From Epithemia pelagica (lineage: Eukaryota > Protista > Bacillariophyta): a stretch of DNA of 64,000 nucleotides. Position 1 is the first letter of the stretch. Each line of letters starts with the position of its first letter. Location: positions 806,001-870,000 of the forward strand of contig OX337242.1 in NCBI GenBank assembly GCA_946965045.2, in the 5' to 3' direction. Shown here in pieces: positions 28,009 through 40,019 of the stretch. The notes beneath the pieces are model-generated. The model saw only the letters and a program-made list of their open reading frames with translations. It was not told the DNA's origin and did no database searches. A program made the position numbers and the translations under genes.

Positions 28009-29679
28009 ATGTATCGGCACGGCACCGCAACCCATGGTTGGGTTCTTAAACGATCCTTCCATATTCAGGCTCGTGCCCATCAGCACCATCCGACAACCAC
28101 CCACATTGGACGACTGTTGGCAACAACAACAACCAGGATGACTGCGTGGTTACCATCGCATTCTACCATTCAACCATGCCCCATTGAACCACGCTCCTCA
28201 GTTGCTGCTTCAAATCTCATGACAGCGTCACCGCCAATGTCATCGACGATTACGCTGCGATCCTTTCATGGATCCATCTCCCGTGCCATATCGTCCCAGA
28301 CCACTCCTAATACGAATCCGCTGCACAACAAGTCGGCCTGGAGACAATTGGTCAAACCCTTTTTACTCAAATGCCATCCCGACATGGCCGCCTCACAAGA
28401 CACCGCCACTGCCGCAGCCAATAATCATAAGAATACATCCAGCAACAGTATCAAACAAACCAATCTCAAGGCGATTCAAAATCTCAATTTTTATTTGGAT
28501 ACGATTCAAACCATGATCAAGGATGTTGACTTGTCCAAGGCCTTGCCAGATCCTCACGAATTGCAAAAACAACCCACCAAACAAACGGTACCCATCTTGT
28601 TTCCCGTCGAATTTGTCGTCTTGGTCGAAGACACGGCCAGTCCCCGCAATCGTCGAGGCGTGGTACCCATGATTTGGAGTCGTCGTCAGGTGGAATTGAT
28701 TATTCCCACAGCCCATGCCTCCTTGTTGATGCAAATCAATGATCCCCACAAATCCAAGACGGAACGCATGTCCTTTGTGATCCGCCATGTCGTGGGACAA
28801 TTGAGCAAATTGTTACGCATTGCTGGATTGGAAATACCGGCTGCCGCCAAGGCCGCCTTGTTGGATCCACTGGACGAAACCATGAGCAGTGATAGCAAAA
28901 CACAATCTTCTTCTTCTTCACAACAACGACAACGCCCCCGCGTTGGATTTTTTGGGTATTCACGGGCCCGCAAAAATGCCAATCGTCGTGCCTTTGTAGA
29001 CAGTATTGATTGGAACAAGGTCAATCGTTTGTATGCCAAATCCTTGTACCGCGAGAAGCAACGCGATTTGGCTCACAAGGTATTGCAAAAAAATCCGCAC
29101 AAACGACACATGATCATTGCCGATATCCTGGCCCGGGTGCAAGTGCAACGATACGGTCCCAAGGGTCTCTTTGTACCCAACGAGGAGGAGGAGGACGAGG
29201 AAGACGAGAACAACAACAAGGGAGAAGACGACAAAAACGACAACAAGCATGCCCCACCACGACAACGTCGTCCCAAAATATCCATGGCCGAAGAATTGAT
29301 TGCCTTTCGTCGCTTGTCTTTGATTTTGGAAGACAATTTTGAAGAGTTGCAACTCCACAATATTCATAGCGTCTGGTGGGAAAAGTTGCAACTGGTTTTG
29401 ACCCCGAAACGCAAGTACAATACGAGTTCGTCGGCCTTGCACAAGCGTCTCAGACGACTCAACAAGGACAATGGCTTTACCTTTACCGTCCATTCCGATG
29501 CGGAAAACAGCATGTCCCTCCTGGTTCCGGTTGATTTTCGAGACGAAGAACTCTTATCCGAATTGAAGCGCAATCTGGAGGGCTTTGGATTCATGATGGA
29601 AGATGGATCGCAAGATATCTACAAAGAGGGTGTGGTGTCCGAAGACGAGTACTACGAACTCTTTCATTATACACCATGA
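28009..29679 (+). CDS. DUF4460/TCAIM-like protein, probably mitochondrial
   Basis: AWRQLVKPFLLKCHPDM...TNLKAIQNLNFYLD resembles the DUF4460 J-like domain; R/S/T-rich N-terminus; ATG at 28009. Confidence 0.6.
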   Translation: MYRHGTATHGWVLKRSFHIQARAHQHHPTTTHIGRLLATTTTRMTAWLPSHSTIQPCPIEPRSSVAASNLMTASPPMSSTITLRSFHGSISRAISSQTTPNTNPLHNKSAWRQLVKPFLLKCHPDMAASQDTATAAANNHKNTSSNSIKQTNLKAIQNLNFYLDTIQTMIKDVDLSKALPDPHELQKQPTKQTVPILFPVEFVVLVEDTASPRNRRGVVPMIWSRRQVELIIPTAHASLLMQINDPHKSKTERMSFVIRHVVGQLSKLLRIAGLEIPAAAKAALLDPLDETMSSDSKTQSSSSSQQRQRPRVGFFGYSRARKNANRRAFVDSIDWNKVNRLYAKSLYREKQRDLAHKVLQKNPHKRHMIIADILARVQVQRYGPKGLFVPNEEEEDEEDENNNKGEDDKNDNKHAPPRQRRPKISMAEELIAFRRLSLILEDNFEELQLHNIHSVWWEKLQLVLTPKRKYNTSSSALHKRLRRLNKDNGFTFTVHSDAENSMSLLVPVDFRDEELLSELKRNLEGFGFMMEDGSQDIYKEGVVSEDEYYELFHYTP

Positions 29680-30128
29680 AAGGGATGCACCAACCAAACT
29701 CACACGAGACCTCCACTGCTCTGACAAGATAACAAACTGTACATATCTAAGAACAAGTCTTTGTTTATTTCTCCATTTCCGATCTGTATTCCATCAGCTT
29801 TCGGCTGATATAGTTGATTCCTGGAATGGGAGCGTTGGGAGACGGTCAACTGCGAAACCGTAGCAATTCTGTGCCATCGGTTTTCTGGGGAAGTTCTGAG
29901 CGAATCCAACCAACAGATCGAACCGAGTGTCCCATGAAAACCAGGAGAAACATCCATGAAACGACCAACTCACGACACGTTGTTGGATACACAACACTTC
30001 TCGGAGCCTACTTCTGCAGAGCCTCCCTCCAATCAACCACAATTTTGACATGGAGACGATACCGTATTCGAAAACGAAGGCGCGAAGGAGACCACCTCGT
30101 CTCTGATGACCAGACAAAGGAATATGGG

Positions 30129-30331
30129 TATCCATTCTGGGAGCAACAGCAGGGCATTTGCTCAAATGTTTCAGAGGCAGGAATACGCTAACCCTAGGGA
30201 TATCCATTCTGGGAGCAACAGCATGGCATTTGCCCAAATGTTTCAGAGGCAGGAATACGCTAACCCTAGGGATATCCATTCTGGGAGCAACAGCATGGCA
30301 TTTGCCCAAATGTTTCAGAGGCAGGAATACG
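30129..30331. repeat. Intergenic minisatellite, 72-bp unit x ~2.8
   Basis: TATCCATTCTGGGAGCAACAGCA.GGCATTTGC.CAAATGTTTCAGAGGCAGGAATACG at 30129, 30201 and 30273; no unique spacers. Confidence 0.92.
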
Positions 30332-30719
30332 TCTTGTTCTTCAAGTTACTCGTTCCAGATAAGAGAGCATGAAGTTGCGCAAACAAAAAGAGTCACAAGG
30401 AGAGACGAAACAGTGCTACAAGTCATTATATCAGTTCAAAGAGAGAAACAGGATATCAATGCCCCTATCTGTAGTTGTGGGCAATGTATGTCCAACGCAA
30501 GAAAAGAATAAGAAGAAAGTCCTCCGGACCTGCACCCTAGAGGCTATCTGCTCTTGTTGTTCCCCATATTCAATGAACTCCAACTCTTTCACCCACCCGT
30601 GGATTTCAAGACGGCCAACCGATGGATGGGATCTTTTGTTTGATAAAGAATTTACGTCCGCGATAGAAGGTAAGTGGAAAGGTCATGATGAATAAGGGTG
30701 CGTCCTGGTGCCCCTAACG

Positions 30720-32021
30720 CTATTGAATCATTGGTAGCACGTCGTCATGTGTATTACCATGTGGCAGTATTGGTTGATAGGCCCGTTCATGAATCCACAC
30801 TTGAACAATGCGTTTCTCCTCCGTTTCTGACTGAACCCTTTCTCCTTTGTGCAGTGTTCGGTCATCGGGTGTTCCGTCGGCCATGGCAGGAAAGAAAATA
30901 CAGGCACGTCCTTGTTGTGGACATACTGCCAATGGTTTGTCGCTATTGTTGCTGTCGTCATCAGGATCTAATGGGGAACGTAAATCACGAAAGACGGTGG
31001 CTCCTCCCGATTCCGTCGTCAAAGAGTTGAGATAGACCAGGACGGTTGCAAGGCGTTGTCCTCCATTGTCCAATTGTGAGGTCTGCGGTGGAACCTCGTC
31101 GTAGTGCCATGAAAATTCTTGTCCATTTTGATATCGCACAATTTGTGGCTCCTCCATTTGTTCTACCGCAAACCCCAGTACTTTATGGAGCTTGGATACC
31201 AACGTGGGGACGCTGGAGAAGCGACAAAACCAAGACGTACTGGTGCGAGTGGACAATCCGCCACCAAAAGTTGCCGAATTTACCCTTACCACTGCATCTG
31301 AATCGAAGTTGGAATTTGGACTGTCCAACGACAAGTCTGCTACACGTTCAACTTCCAAACATTCAGAGGGAGTCAAGAAATTCTCGACCACCAAAACGGG
31401 TGGAGATTCGTGCATGAGTTTGACTTGCATCGGATGCCGATCTTTGGGAGCATTGCGTTCCCATCCTTGTTCATCAAACAGAGCCTCCAATCCCATTGGA
31501 ATGAACTTTTCCAAAGCCTTTTCAATGTCACTGCGGCCGTATTTATGCTCGCTGTTGCAAGGTTTCAATTCAATCTCTGGTGACAATGGTGGAAAAATAT
31601 CTTCCAGAGTGGGTGGTGGTAGACCCCACTTGTCCAGTATCGGTTCCGTTTCTTTGACAACAAACGAATCCTCATCTGTATCCGCTAGTTCTTGTAAAGC
31701 ACTGTATCGTTTCTTCTTCTTATTGGATCCTTCCTTCCCCTGGTTCTTCTTGTTCTTTGATTTCTTAGACGATGGTGACGCACCAAACCCACCACCCGAA
31801 AACAACCAAGTCCTCCCATGCGTTTTAAATTCATCTCTTTGTGATCCTGATCTTTTATGTGATTCTGCAGGAGTTTCCATCTTTCTGATTAAGTTGAAAC
31901 CGCACGGATGACCGGTCCTCTGCCACGAAGGCGAAAAGGAATTGGCACATCTCAAGAGTAAGAAGAAACAAAGCCATTTACTGGCTAGATTCAATACTTT
32001 GAAGACTCTGATGCATTCCAT
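30720..32021 (-). CDS. Prolyl 4-hydroxylase-like 2OG-Fe(II) dioxygenase
   Basis: PPVLVVENFLTPSEC, RTSTS, QIVRY...WHYD (HxD), QRLATVLVYLN, GGATVF, TLHKG, EKRIVQVW; N-terminal signal ending ANS-FSPS, an ASAFAP-like motif suggesting a plastid location. Confidence 0.88.
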   Translation of the reverse strand: MECIRVFKVLNLASKWLCFFLLLRCANSFSPSWQRTGHPCGFNLIRKMETPAESHKRSGSQRDEFKTHGRTWLFSGGGFGASPSSKKSKNKKNQGKEGSNKKKKRYSALQELADTDEDSFVVKETEPILDKWGLPPPTLEDIFPPLSPEIELKPCNSEHKYGRSDIEKALEKFIPMGLEALFDEQGWERNAPKDRHPMQVKLMHESPPVLVVENFLTPSECLEVERVADLSLDSPNSNFDSDAVVRVNSATFGGGLSTRTSTSWFCRFSSVPTLVSKLHKVLGFAVEQMEEPQIVRYQNGQEFSWHYDEVPPQTSQLDNGGQRLATVLVYLNSLTTESGGATVFRDLRSPLDPDDDSNNSDKPLAVCPQQGRACIFFPAMADGTPDDRTLHKGERVQSETEEKRIVQVWIHERAYQPILPHGNTHDDVLPMIQ

Positions 32022-32615
32022 TTCTCGTTCAATCGTGTAGAAGGCTATTTCCACTTTGCGTTAAGCTAGAGCATCCGCACACCAGATCGATCATGGCGCT
32101 TTTTCATGGCCGTGCAATAGACGACGGAAAAGATCTGATCTTCATTCATCCACTGCGTGAATCTTGGATGTCAGGGACTCAGTATGAGTCCCGCGCTTAC
32201 TTTTGGGTCCCGTACTGACGCAGAAAGATATAACTGTCACACAAACGGCAGTTGAAATAAGCCTTACTTATGTAGAACAGAAAGCTTCTGTCGGCACGCG
32301 TGCGGAGCTATCGGATCGGATCCGGTATTGATGGTCACACGCAAACTCATGCCATTCAAATTCCCACCATAAGGTCACGCGATTTATGGAGCACTGCCCC
32401 GCGTGAGAATTCGGGCTCAAAGCTACATACAAACATTAGGAGTCGTGCATTTTGTCACATAGACTTTCGAATTGGGCCAGCGCGCCGACCGTGATCGTTG
32501 AGCAACACTTTGATGGCCATCTCGTTTGCCCCCACAAACAACATAAAAACGGGAGTTGGTCCGCCACTCTCCCTCCATCCTTCTCGTCCTAGCCGACGAC
32601 AACCAACAAAAGACG

Positions 32616-33977
32616 ATGAAGTCGTTCCTGCATCTTGTTTCCTTATCGTCGTTGGCGAGCTTGGTTCTGCAAGTCGCCATTAACGCAACACCTGCTGTAG
32701 CGCACCGAGATGAGAGGCGTCACGATCGTCCGTGGGGTCCTTATCCTTGTCCAGGCGGATGTGGTGGAGGCCGCTTTCCTTGCCCTGGAGCTGCCATTCC
32801 AGTTGTCGTAGTGGGAGGCTTTTACGGTCCTCCCCCTCGACCCTATGGTCCTATTCGCTTCCCACCCAACTATTACCACGATGACTACTATTACGACGAG
32901 GACGACGACTACTACTACAAGGGCAAGAAGGAAAAGTCCGATGATTACTATGGAAAAGGTGGAAAGAAGGAAAAGTCTGATGATTACTATGGAAAAGGAA
33001 AGGGCAAGGGTGATTCGCCGGTGCCTCCTCCAACCCCGTCGAAAGCTCCTATCAATCCAAAGCCCACTCCCACCATTCCTCCTATTGATGTCCGACCTAC
33101 CCCACCCAGTGGTAAAGGCAAGGGAAAGAGCAAGGGTAAGGGAAAAGGAAAGCCAAAGGGAGGCGATGATGACTACTCCTATCACGACGACTATTACTAT
33201 CATGATGACTACTACTACCATCCTTCTCCAAGTGGTAAAGGAAAGGGCAAAGGAAAATCCAAGAAGGATTATGATGACTACCACTATATGGACGATTACT
33301 ACCATCACGATGACTACTACTACCATCCTTCTCCAAGTGGTAAGGGCAAGGGCAAAGGAAAATCTAAGAAGGACTTTGATGACGACTACTATCACCATGA
33401 TGACATCTACTATCCCGACGATTACTATCACCATGATGATTACATTGTTCCTATTCCACACCCATCACCGAGTGGTAAAGGAAAGGGCAAAGGAAAATCT
33501 AAGAAGGACTATGATGACGACTACTATCACCATGATGACATCTACTATCCCGACGATTACTATCATTATGATGATTACATTGTTCCTATTCCACACCCAT
33601 CACCGAGTGGTAAAGGAAAGGGCAAAGGAAAATCTAAGAAGGACTATGATGACGACTACTATCACCATGATGACATCTACTATCCCGACGATTACTATCA
33701 TCACGATGATTATTACTACCATGATGACTACTACTCCCACCCATCCCCAAGTCCACCAAGTGGTAAGGGCAAGGGCAAAGGAAAATCCAAGAAGGACCAT
33801 GATGACTACTACTACGTCGACGATTACTATCATCACGATGATTATTACTACCATGATGACTACTACTCCCACCCATCCCCAAGTCCACCAAGTGGTAAGG
33901 GCAAGGGAAAGAATAGTGGTAAGGCAAAGAGCAAGAACGACAGTAAGAAGGCTAAAAGCAAGAAAGGCCACCATTAG
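32616..33977 (+). CDS. Secreted Lys/Gly- and Tyr/His/Asp-rich repeat protein, candidate biosilica/cell-wall protein
   Basis: Signal peptide MKSFLHLVSLSSLASLVLQVAINA; seven SGKGKGK blocks alternating with DDYYHHDDYY blocks; a 45-aa unit duplicated nearly exactly. Confidence 0.85.
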   Translation: MKSFLHLVSLSSLASLVLQVAINATPAVAHRDERRHDRPWGPYPCPGGCGGGRFPCPGAAIPVVVVGGFYGPPPRPYGPIRFPPNYYHDDYYYDEDDDYYYKGKKEKSDDYYGKGGKKEKSDDYYGKGKGKGDSPVPPPTPSKAPINPKPTPTIPPIDVRPTPPSGKGKGKSKGKGKGKPKGGDDDYSYHDDYYYHDDYYYHPSPSGKGKGKGKSKKDYDDYHYMDDYYHHDDYYYHPSPSGKGKGKGKSKKDFDDDYYHHDDIYYPDDYYHHDDYIVPIPHPSPSGKGKGKGKSKKDYDDDYYHHDDIYYPDDYYHYDDYIVPIPHPSPSGKGKGKGKSKKDYDDDYYHHDDIYYPDDYYHHDDYYYHDDYYSHPSPSPPSGKGKGKGKSKKDHDDYYYVDDYYHHDDYYYHDDYYSHPSPSPPSGKGKGKNSGKAKSKNDSKKAKSKKGHH

Positions 33978-34646
33978 ACGGCTTGCCCGACTGTGGCTTC
34001 ACTGACTAGTTGACCCATTTGAGAGAAGAGAACCTCTTGTTCCTGTCGGTGTCACCTGTCATCGGAGACGATTGAATGATCTGTCTTCTATACCGTGCAT
34101 TTGCAGCTTTTATTCTCAGCTGCGTTTCGTTAAATTAAATTGTTTCTTTACATGCACTCACAACTTGACCTAGGTTTGAATATTGAATAGGAGTAGTACC
34201 TCTTGGCTACGTTGATGGATGCCAAGAAGGGATTATCAACGGGGCGGATTTTTGGAGGGAATTGTTTTACATGGCAGGCGTTCTCTTGGGGAGCTTGGGG
34301 GAAAGTACCTCACGGAGTATAAGAATATATAAGGAAAACCGTGACAAGGACCACGCATGCCATGCATAAGTGTAATTGTTTTAGTTATTGGATATCCTGG
34401 TCACGGACGCACGTAGGTCCGGTGACGTTACGACGCGCGCGACGAGAGGCATTCTTGGAGTCGGTCACTGGTTGCACGTGTGACATGTCACACTCCAAAC
34501 TCAATGGAGTGATTAACACATCGATATTCGATACCATACTTTGGCGTACCCCAGAAGATTCTGCCACATAGTAACATCCGAGATTGTTCAATTCGATTGT
34601 TCAGCACCAACGTCATCTTTATTCTCATTGTGGTTCCAGTTTGAGA

Positions 34647-36692
34647 ATGGCGAATTACACAGCGTTTGCGCTGTATCTCGTGTACCTTATATGGTTTTCA
34701 ACGTCTTTCCACCATGTCCATGCAGAGATCTCGTTCCTGGGCTCACCCGATGAACACGTACCAGCTCGCCGTCTTGGTCTTCAAAGACGTGGACGCGCTT
34801 ACTCCAATTATAACCACTACGAGGATCATCCTTACGACGAAAATCGCGTCGAGGTATGCCGACTGTATCCAGCACTCTGTTGCCAACTATGGCCTGATTG
34901 GCATGGCCTTTGTGGACCTCCTGACTCCACCTTGTATGAACATTTTTGTCTTTGGTACCCCGGACATTGGTACTGCCGCGATGAAACCAATGTTTGCGAA
35001 TTCACGGAAAATGCCCAAGGATGCCGTCCCTTTTGTGCCGTCTACACGAATTTTGACTTTTGTCAACCAGGCTTTTGCGAAGCTCATCCTGGATATTTGG
35101 GCTGTATTCTCGATGACTTGTCGCTCTGCGTCCTCGCTCCACATTTGCCAGGATGCCGCTATCCAGGATTTCCAGCCATGGGGAGTTCCCATGGTCTGTG
35201 GCCCTTTAGTGTGTGCGCCGCCTACCCCAGTTTCGACGGTTGCAACGACTTGACTCCCGACATGAGTCCCACTCCGGTTGGCAAGACCCCCACCGAAATT
35301 TTTTGTGAGATTCATCCCGAGTTTTCGCCCTTTTGCGACGAAGGCTTTGACATCTGTCGATTGAACAACATGGCGGTTGGGTGTACCGACTATTGTGCCA
35401 GTGAAGAAGGTACATTGTATCCAGCGTGCCAGCCAGGATACTGTGACGAACATCCCAAGTTCTTTGGATGCGGGAAGGGATACGATATCTGTCCCTTTTA
35501 CAGTGTCGAGGGCTGCCCAGCCTATCCGGGTCTCCAATACAATCATCACGAAGATGATCAAGACGAGGACGATGATCAAGACGAAGTGCCCTATTTTCCT
35601 GGATATGACCCCTATCATCCAGGTGGCGGTTATTTTCCTTGTCCAGGTGTACCAATGCCCATTGCTTATCTGATTGTCATTCCCCTGTACAATTACAACC
35701 CAGAACCCTGTTGGCCTCGTCCCGAACGCCCCCATCGCCCACCGGTACCAGAACCGGAGCCATGTGGGTCCATTCACTGTCCCATTGGCGAAGTTTGCTG
35801 TAACGAAAGCTGTGAAATTTGCACACCGCCTGGTGGCTCATGTATCGAAAAATTCTGTTTGGATGACGATGAACCAGAGCCAGAACCGGAGAAATGTGGG
35901 TCCATTCACTGTCCCATTGGTCAAGAATGCTGCAACGAAAGTTGTGACATTTGCACACCGCCTGGAGGTTCGTGCATCCAAATCGCTTGTACAGATGACG
36001 ATAAACCAGAGCCAGAACCGGAGAAATGTGGGTCCATTCACTGTCCCATTGGTCAAGTATGCTGCAACGAAAGTTGCGGCATTTGCACACCGCCTGGAGG
36101 TTCGTGCATCCAAATCGCCTGTCCACCAGATGACGATAAACCAGAGCCAGAACCGGAAGAATGTGGGTCCGTTCATTGTCCCATTGGTGAAGTGTGCTGT
36201 AACGAAAGCTGTGGCATTTGCACACCGCCTGGAGGTTCTTGCACAAGGCAATTCTGTTTGGATGACGACGGACCGATCAAAGAAGAAGACGACAAAGTGT
36301 ACATCGATGACGACTGCGAACCTGCTGGTAAGGGTGACCATGGCAAGGGTCGCTACGGAAAAGGCAAGAAGGAAAGAAATTATAAAAGCGACTATAGTGG
36401 CAAGGGCAAGAAGGACAGAAGTTACAAGGACGACTATAGCGGCAAGGGCAAGAAGGAAAAGAGTTATGACCACGACTCGTACGGCAAGAAAGAGTCCAAA
36501 CATGGCAAGGGCAAAAAGGAATACCGATCGTACGACGACGATTGCGATAACGACAGGGGAACGAACCACTCGGACCGGGAAACCTGTGGATTGACTCTGT
36601 GTGACTATGGAGAGGTTTGCTGCAATGCAAGTTGTTCCATTTGCGCAAAACCAGGAGAGTTATGCCTCACTGCTCATTGTGGACATATATGA
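34647..36692 (+). CDS. Secreted modular Cys-rich protein with KGKK/YDD tail
   Basis: Signal MANYTAFALYLVYLIWFSTSFHHVHA; RRL motif; multiple C-x3-P-x4-C-like repeats; four CGS.HCPIG..CCNESC.ICTPPGGSC...C 8-Cys repeats plus one diverged terminal copy. Confidence 0.85.
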   Translation: MANYTAFALYLVYLIWFSTSFHHVHAEISFLGSPDEHVPARRLGLQRRGRAYSNYNHYEDHPYDENRVEVCRLYPALCCQLWPDWHGLCGPPDSTLYEHFCLWYPGHWYCRDETNVCEFTENAQGCRPFCAVYTNFDFCQPGFCEAHPGYLGCILDDLSLCVLAPHLPGCRYPGFPAMGSSHGLWPFSVCAAYPSFDGCNDLTPDMSPTPVGKTPTEIFCEIHPEFSPFCDEGFDICRLNNMAVGCTDYCASEEGTLYPACQPGYCDEHPKFFGCGKGYDICPFYSVEGCPAYPGLQYNHHEDDQDEDDDQDEVPYFPGYDPYHPGGGYFPCPGVPMPIAYLIVIPLYNYNPEPCWPRPERPHRPPVPEPEPCGSIHCPIGEVCCNESCEICTPPGGSCIEKFCLDDDEPEPEPEKCGSIHCPIGQECCNESCDICTPPGGSCIQIACTDDDKPEPEPEKCGSIHCPIGQVCCNESCGICTPPGGSCIQIACPPDDDKPEPEPEECGSVHCPIGEVCCNESCGICTPPGGSCTRQFCLDDDGPIKEEDDKVYIDDDCEPAGKGDHGKGRYGKGKKERNYKSDYSGKGKKDRSYKDDYSGKGKKEKSYDHDSYGKKESKHGKGKKEYRSYDDDCDNDRGTNHSDRETCGLTLCDYGEVCCNASCSICAKPGELCLTAHCGHI

Positions 36693-37584
36693 GCATGACC
36701 AATGTCATGAAAATGTAAGGTTGTTGGTTTGTGAACCTGTCCTTGTATGTATTGGACAGGTTCCTGCATTCTTATTTTCTGTTGGAAAACTTTGCTGGAA
36801 CGATTGGCCAAACGTTTAAAAGTACCTAGTTGGTAGAAGTTCAGCTGTATGAAATAATTACCTCCAGAAAAGTATTGTTTGTTGTTCCTGTAGGAAAGAA
36901 ACGAGAGTGGTATCTGTACCTTACGCGAGAATGAACACCTGTACCAGTAGGTAGATCGATGTATGTCTGTTGTGGTTTTGGAGTCGTGATGGCACGATCT
37001 ACTCTGGATGCTTTGTTTCGTGTTGTCTTGTCTCTTTTCTCTACCTGGTAAAAGAGAGAGTGAGAGAGAAGACTATTCTTACACGCAAGCTCCTGCTGGT
37101 AACAATTTGTCATTGTCAGGACATTAATTTTGGGTCTATTGTTGCTGATGTCGTTTGGACTTGGACGGAATGCATGTCTGGTGGTGCTGGGGATACAAAT
37201 GACACGCGCAGAACAAACTCAGAGGGTCTTTGAACAGCACGATTGATCGGGATGCATTGGTTCTGACTTGTGTATTTCCGATCGCCAAGAAGAGACACTG
37301 TTCTCTCGTCGACAAGCACGAGTCTGTCGAAACAAAACACACACGACGAGGAGACTGTGCGGACAGGCAACCGTTTGTATTTTTTTATCAGTTTATATTC
37401 TCTCTTTAATTAATCATATAATATACTCTTTTGGTATCTGGATGGATCCAAAACACACGCACACACAAGCACAAGTCATTTCTTTGTTGTGCAAGGTCGG
37501 TGTGTCTGGTCACGGTCGGGGTTGTGTTGGGCAACCATACTGGTTGTGGTGTGCTGGTCACACACACACACACTTGTAAAATTA

Positions 37585-38814
<1,230 letters not shown>

Positions 38815-40019
38815 GATGATGATGATAAAAGTTGTTGTTGTAGAAGTTGTTGTAAAAGTAGTGGTGTGTGTTTCGACGAGAGTCAAAGATTATGAGCAGA
38901 GAGTGTATCTTTTTCTTCTTCCTCGTCGTCGTGTCGTCGAATGTCAAACCCCCACCAAAGAGGAAGAAGGAAGAAGGCACGAATGTGGATGACTATTGCA
39001 TATTGCACTCTTTTGCTTCTTTGGGGTCGGACGACGTTCCACTTTTCCTTGTCGTTGCAGTGTCGTTCGAGTGTCAACGCGTCCATACCTTCATGACATC
39101 TGCGAACTCCAATCACACTCGAGCATTTACAACAGTAGCAAGGAAAAAAGCTTGTACTGTAAGGAATCATACACCAGGATGGGGTGTATGACGAAATCGG
39201 CAACGTCACTCCCCTCGAATCCCCCAAGCCCCCGTGTTCTCATTGGCAACCTGGTAGAGAAGACCCAGCGTTTCATTCCATCAAGTCAAATGATAAAAGT
39301 TTACTTCATATTGAGACACGGACGCTGGGTCATCCAGCAAATGAGAATTCTCGGATTCCGAACTCTGGAGGGATGCGAACTGGACCAAGACCAAACCTCA
39401 CACCAGTTGGCACGAACCAGGCGGATTGAGTGGAGGCAAGGACAACAATCAACAATCAACACAGGATGACAACCACTCTGACTATTAGCAGGAACACCAA
39501 GGAATGGCAGAACAAGGAACCATCCGTCCCGTCGCTTCGCATCTCCCTCTCTCGTGTGGGGTGTTCGCACAATGAGAACCTTGGTGATGGCTGGAACGGT
39601 TGTCTCCTTCCATCATCGCAATGATGCGAACACATCCGAATCCCAATGCTGCCAAGAGATTCTTCCTTCTGGTTGGCGTCGAATTGGAGGTCCATCCCCA
39701 TGTCCAACAGCCCGACGACAACGACGAACGACAAGAGTGTTCCTTGTCCTCGCTCGCCAATCCAATCCATCTTCGGATCACCCACAAGAACAAACGTAGA
39801 ATGAAATTGCAATGCATTTGCCAAGAACAACTGCAACAGAACAACTGCTGGAAGAATGAATGAATGAAACTACAAACGACGACGCAAGACGACAGAACGC
39901 AAGCACTGCATGATCCGTCGGGGAACGACTTGAAAGGAGCTACCAAGTCGAATCGCTATGCAAGGACAAAACGAGAGAAGAACCGTATGGGACAAGCATA
40001 TGACTACTGAGTTCAAACA

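Noticed and set aside
30129-30331. CRISPR-like array
   Set aside because: The units are contiguous near-identical 72-mers with no unique spacers, there are no cas genes, and the context is eukaryotic.
32845-34005. Long alternative-frame and antisense ORFs over repetitive genes (e.g. 386 aa here; 485 and 399 aa in the PPR gene; 310 aa over ORF1)
   Set aside because: These are shadow ORFs produced by low-complexity codon usage and have no independent motifs.
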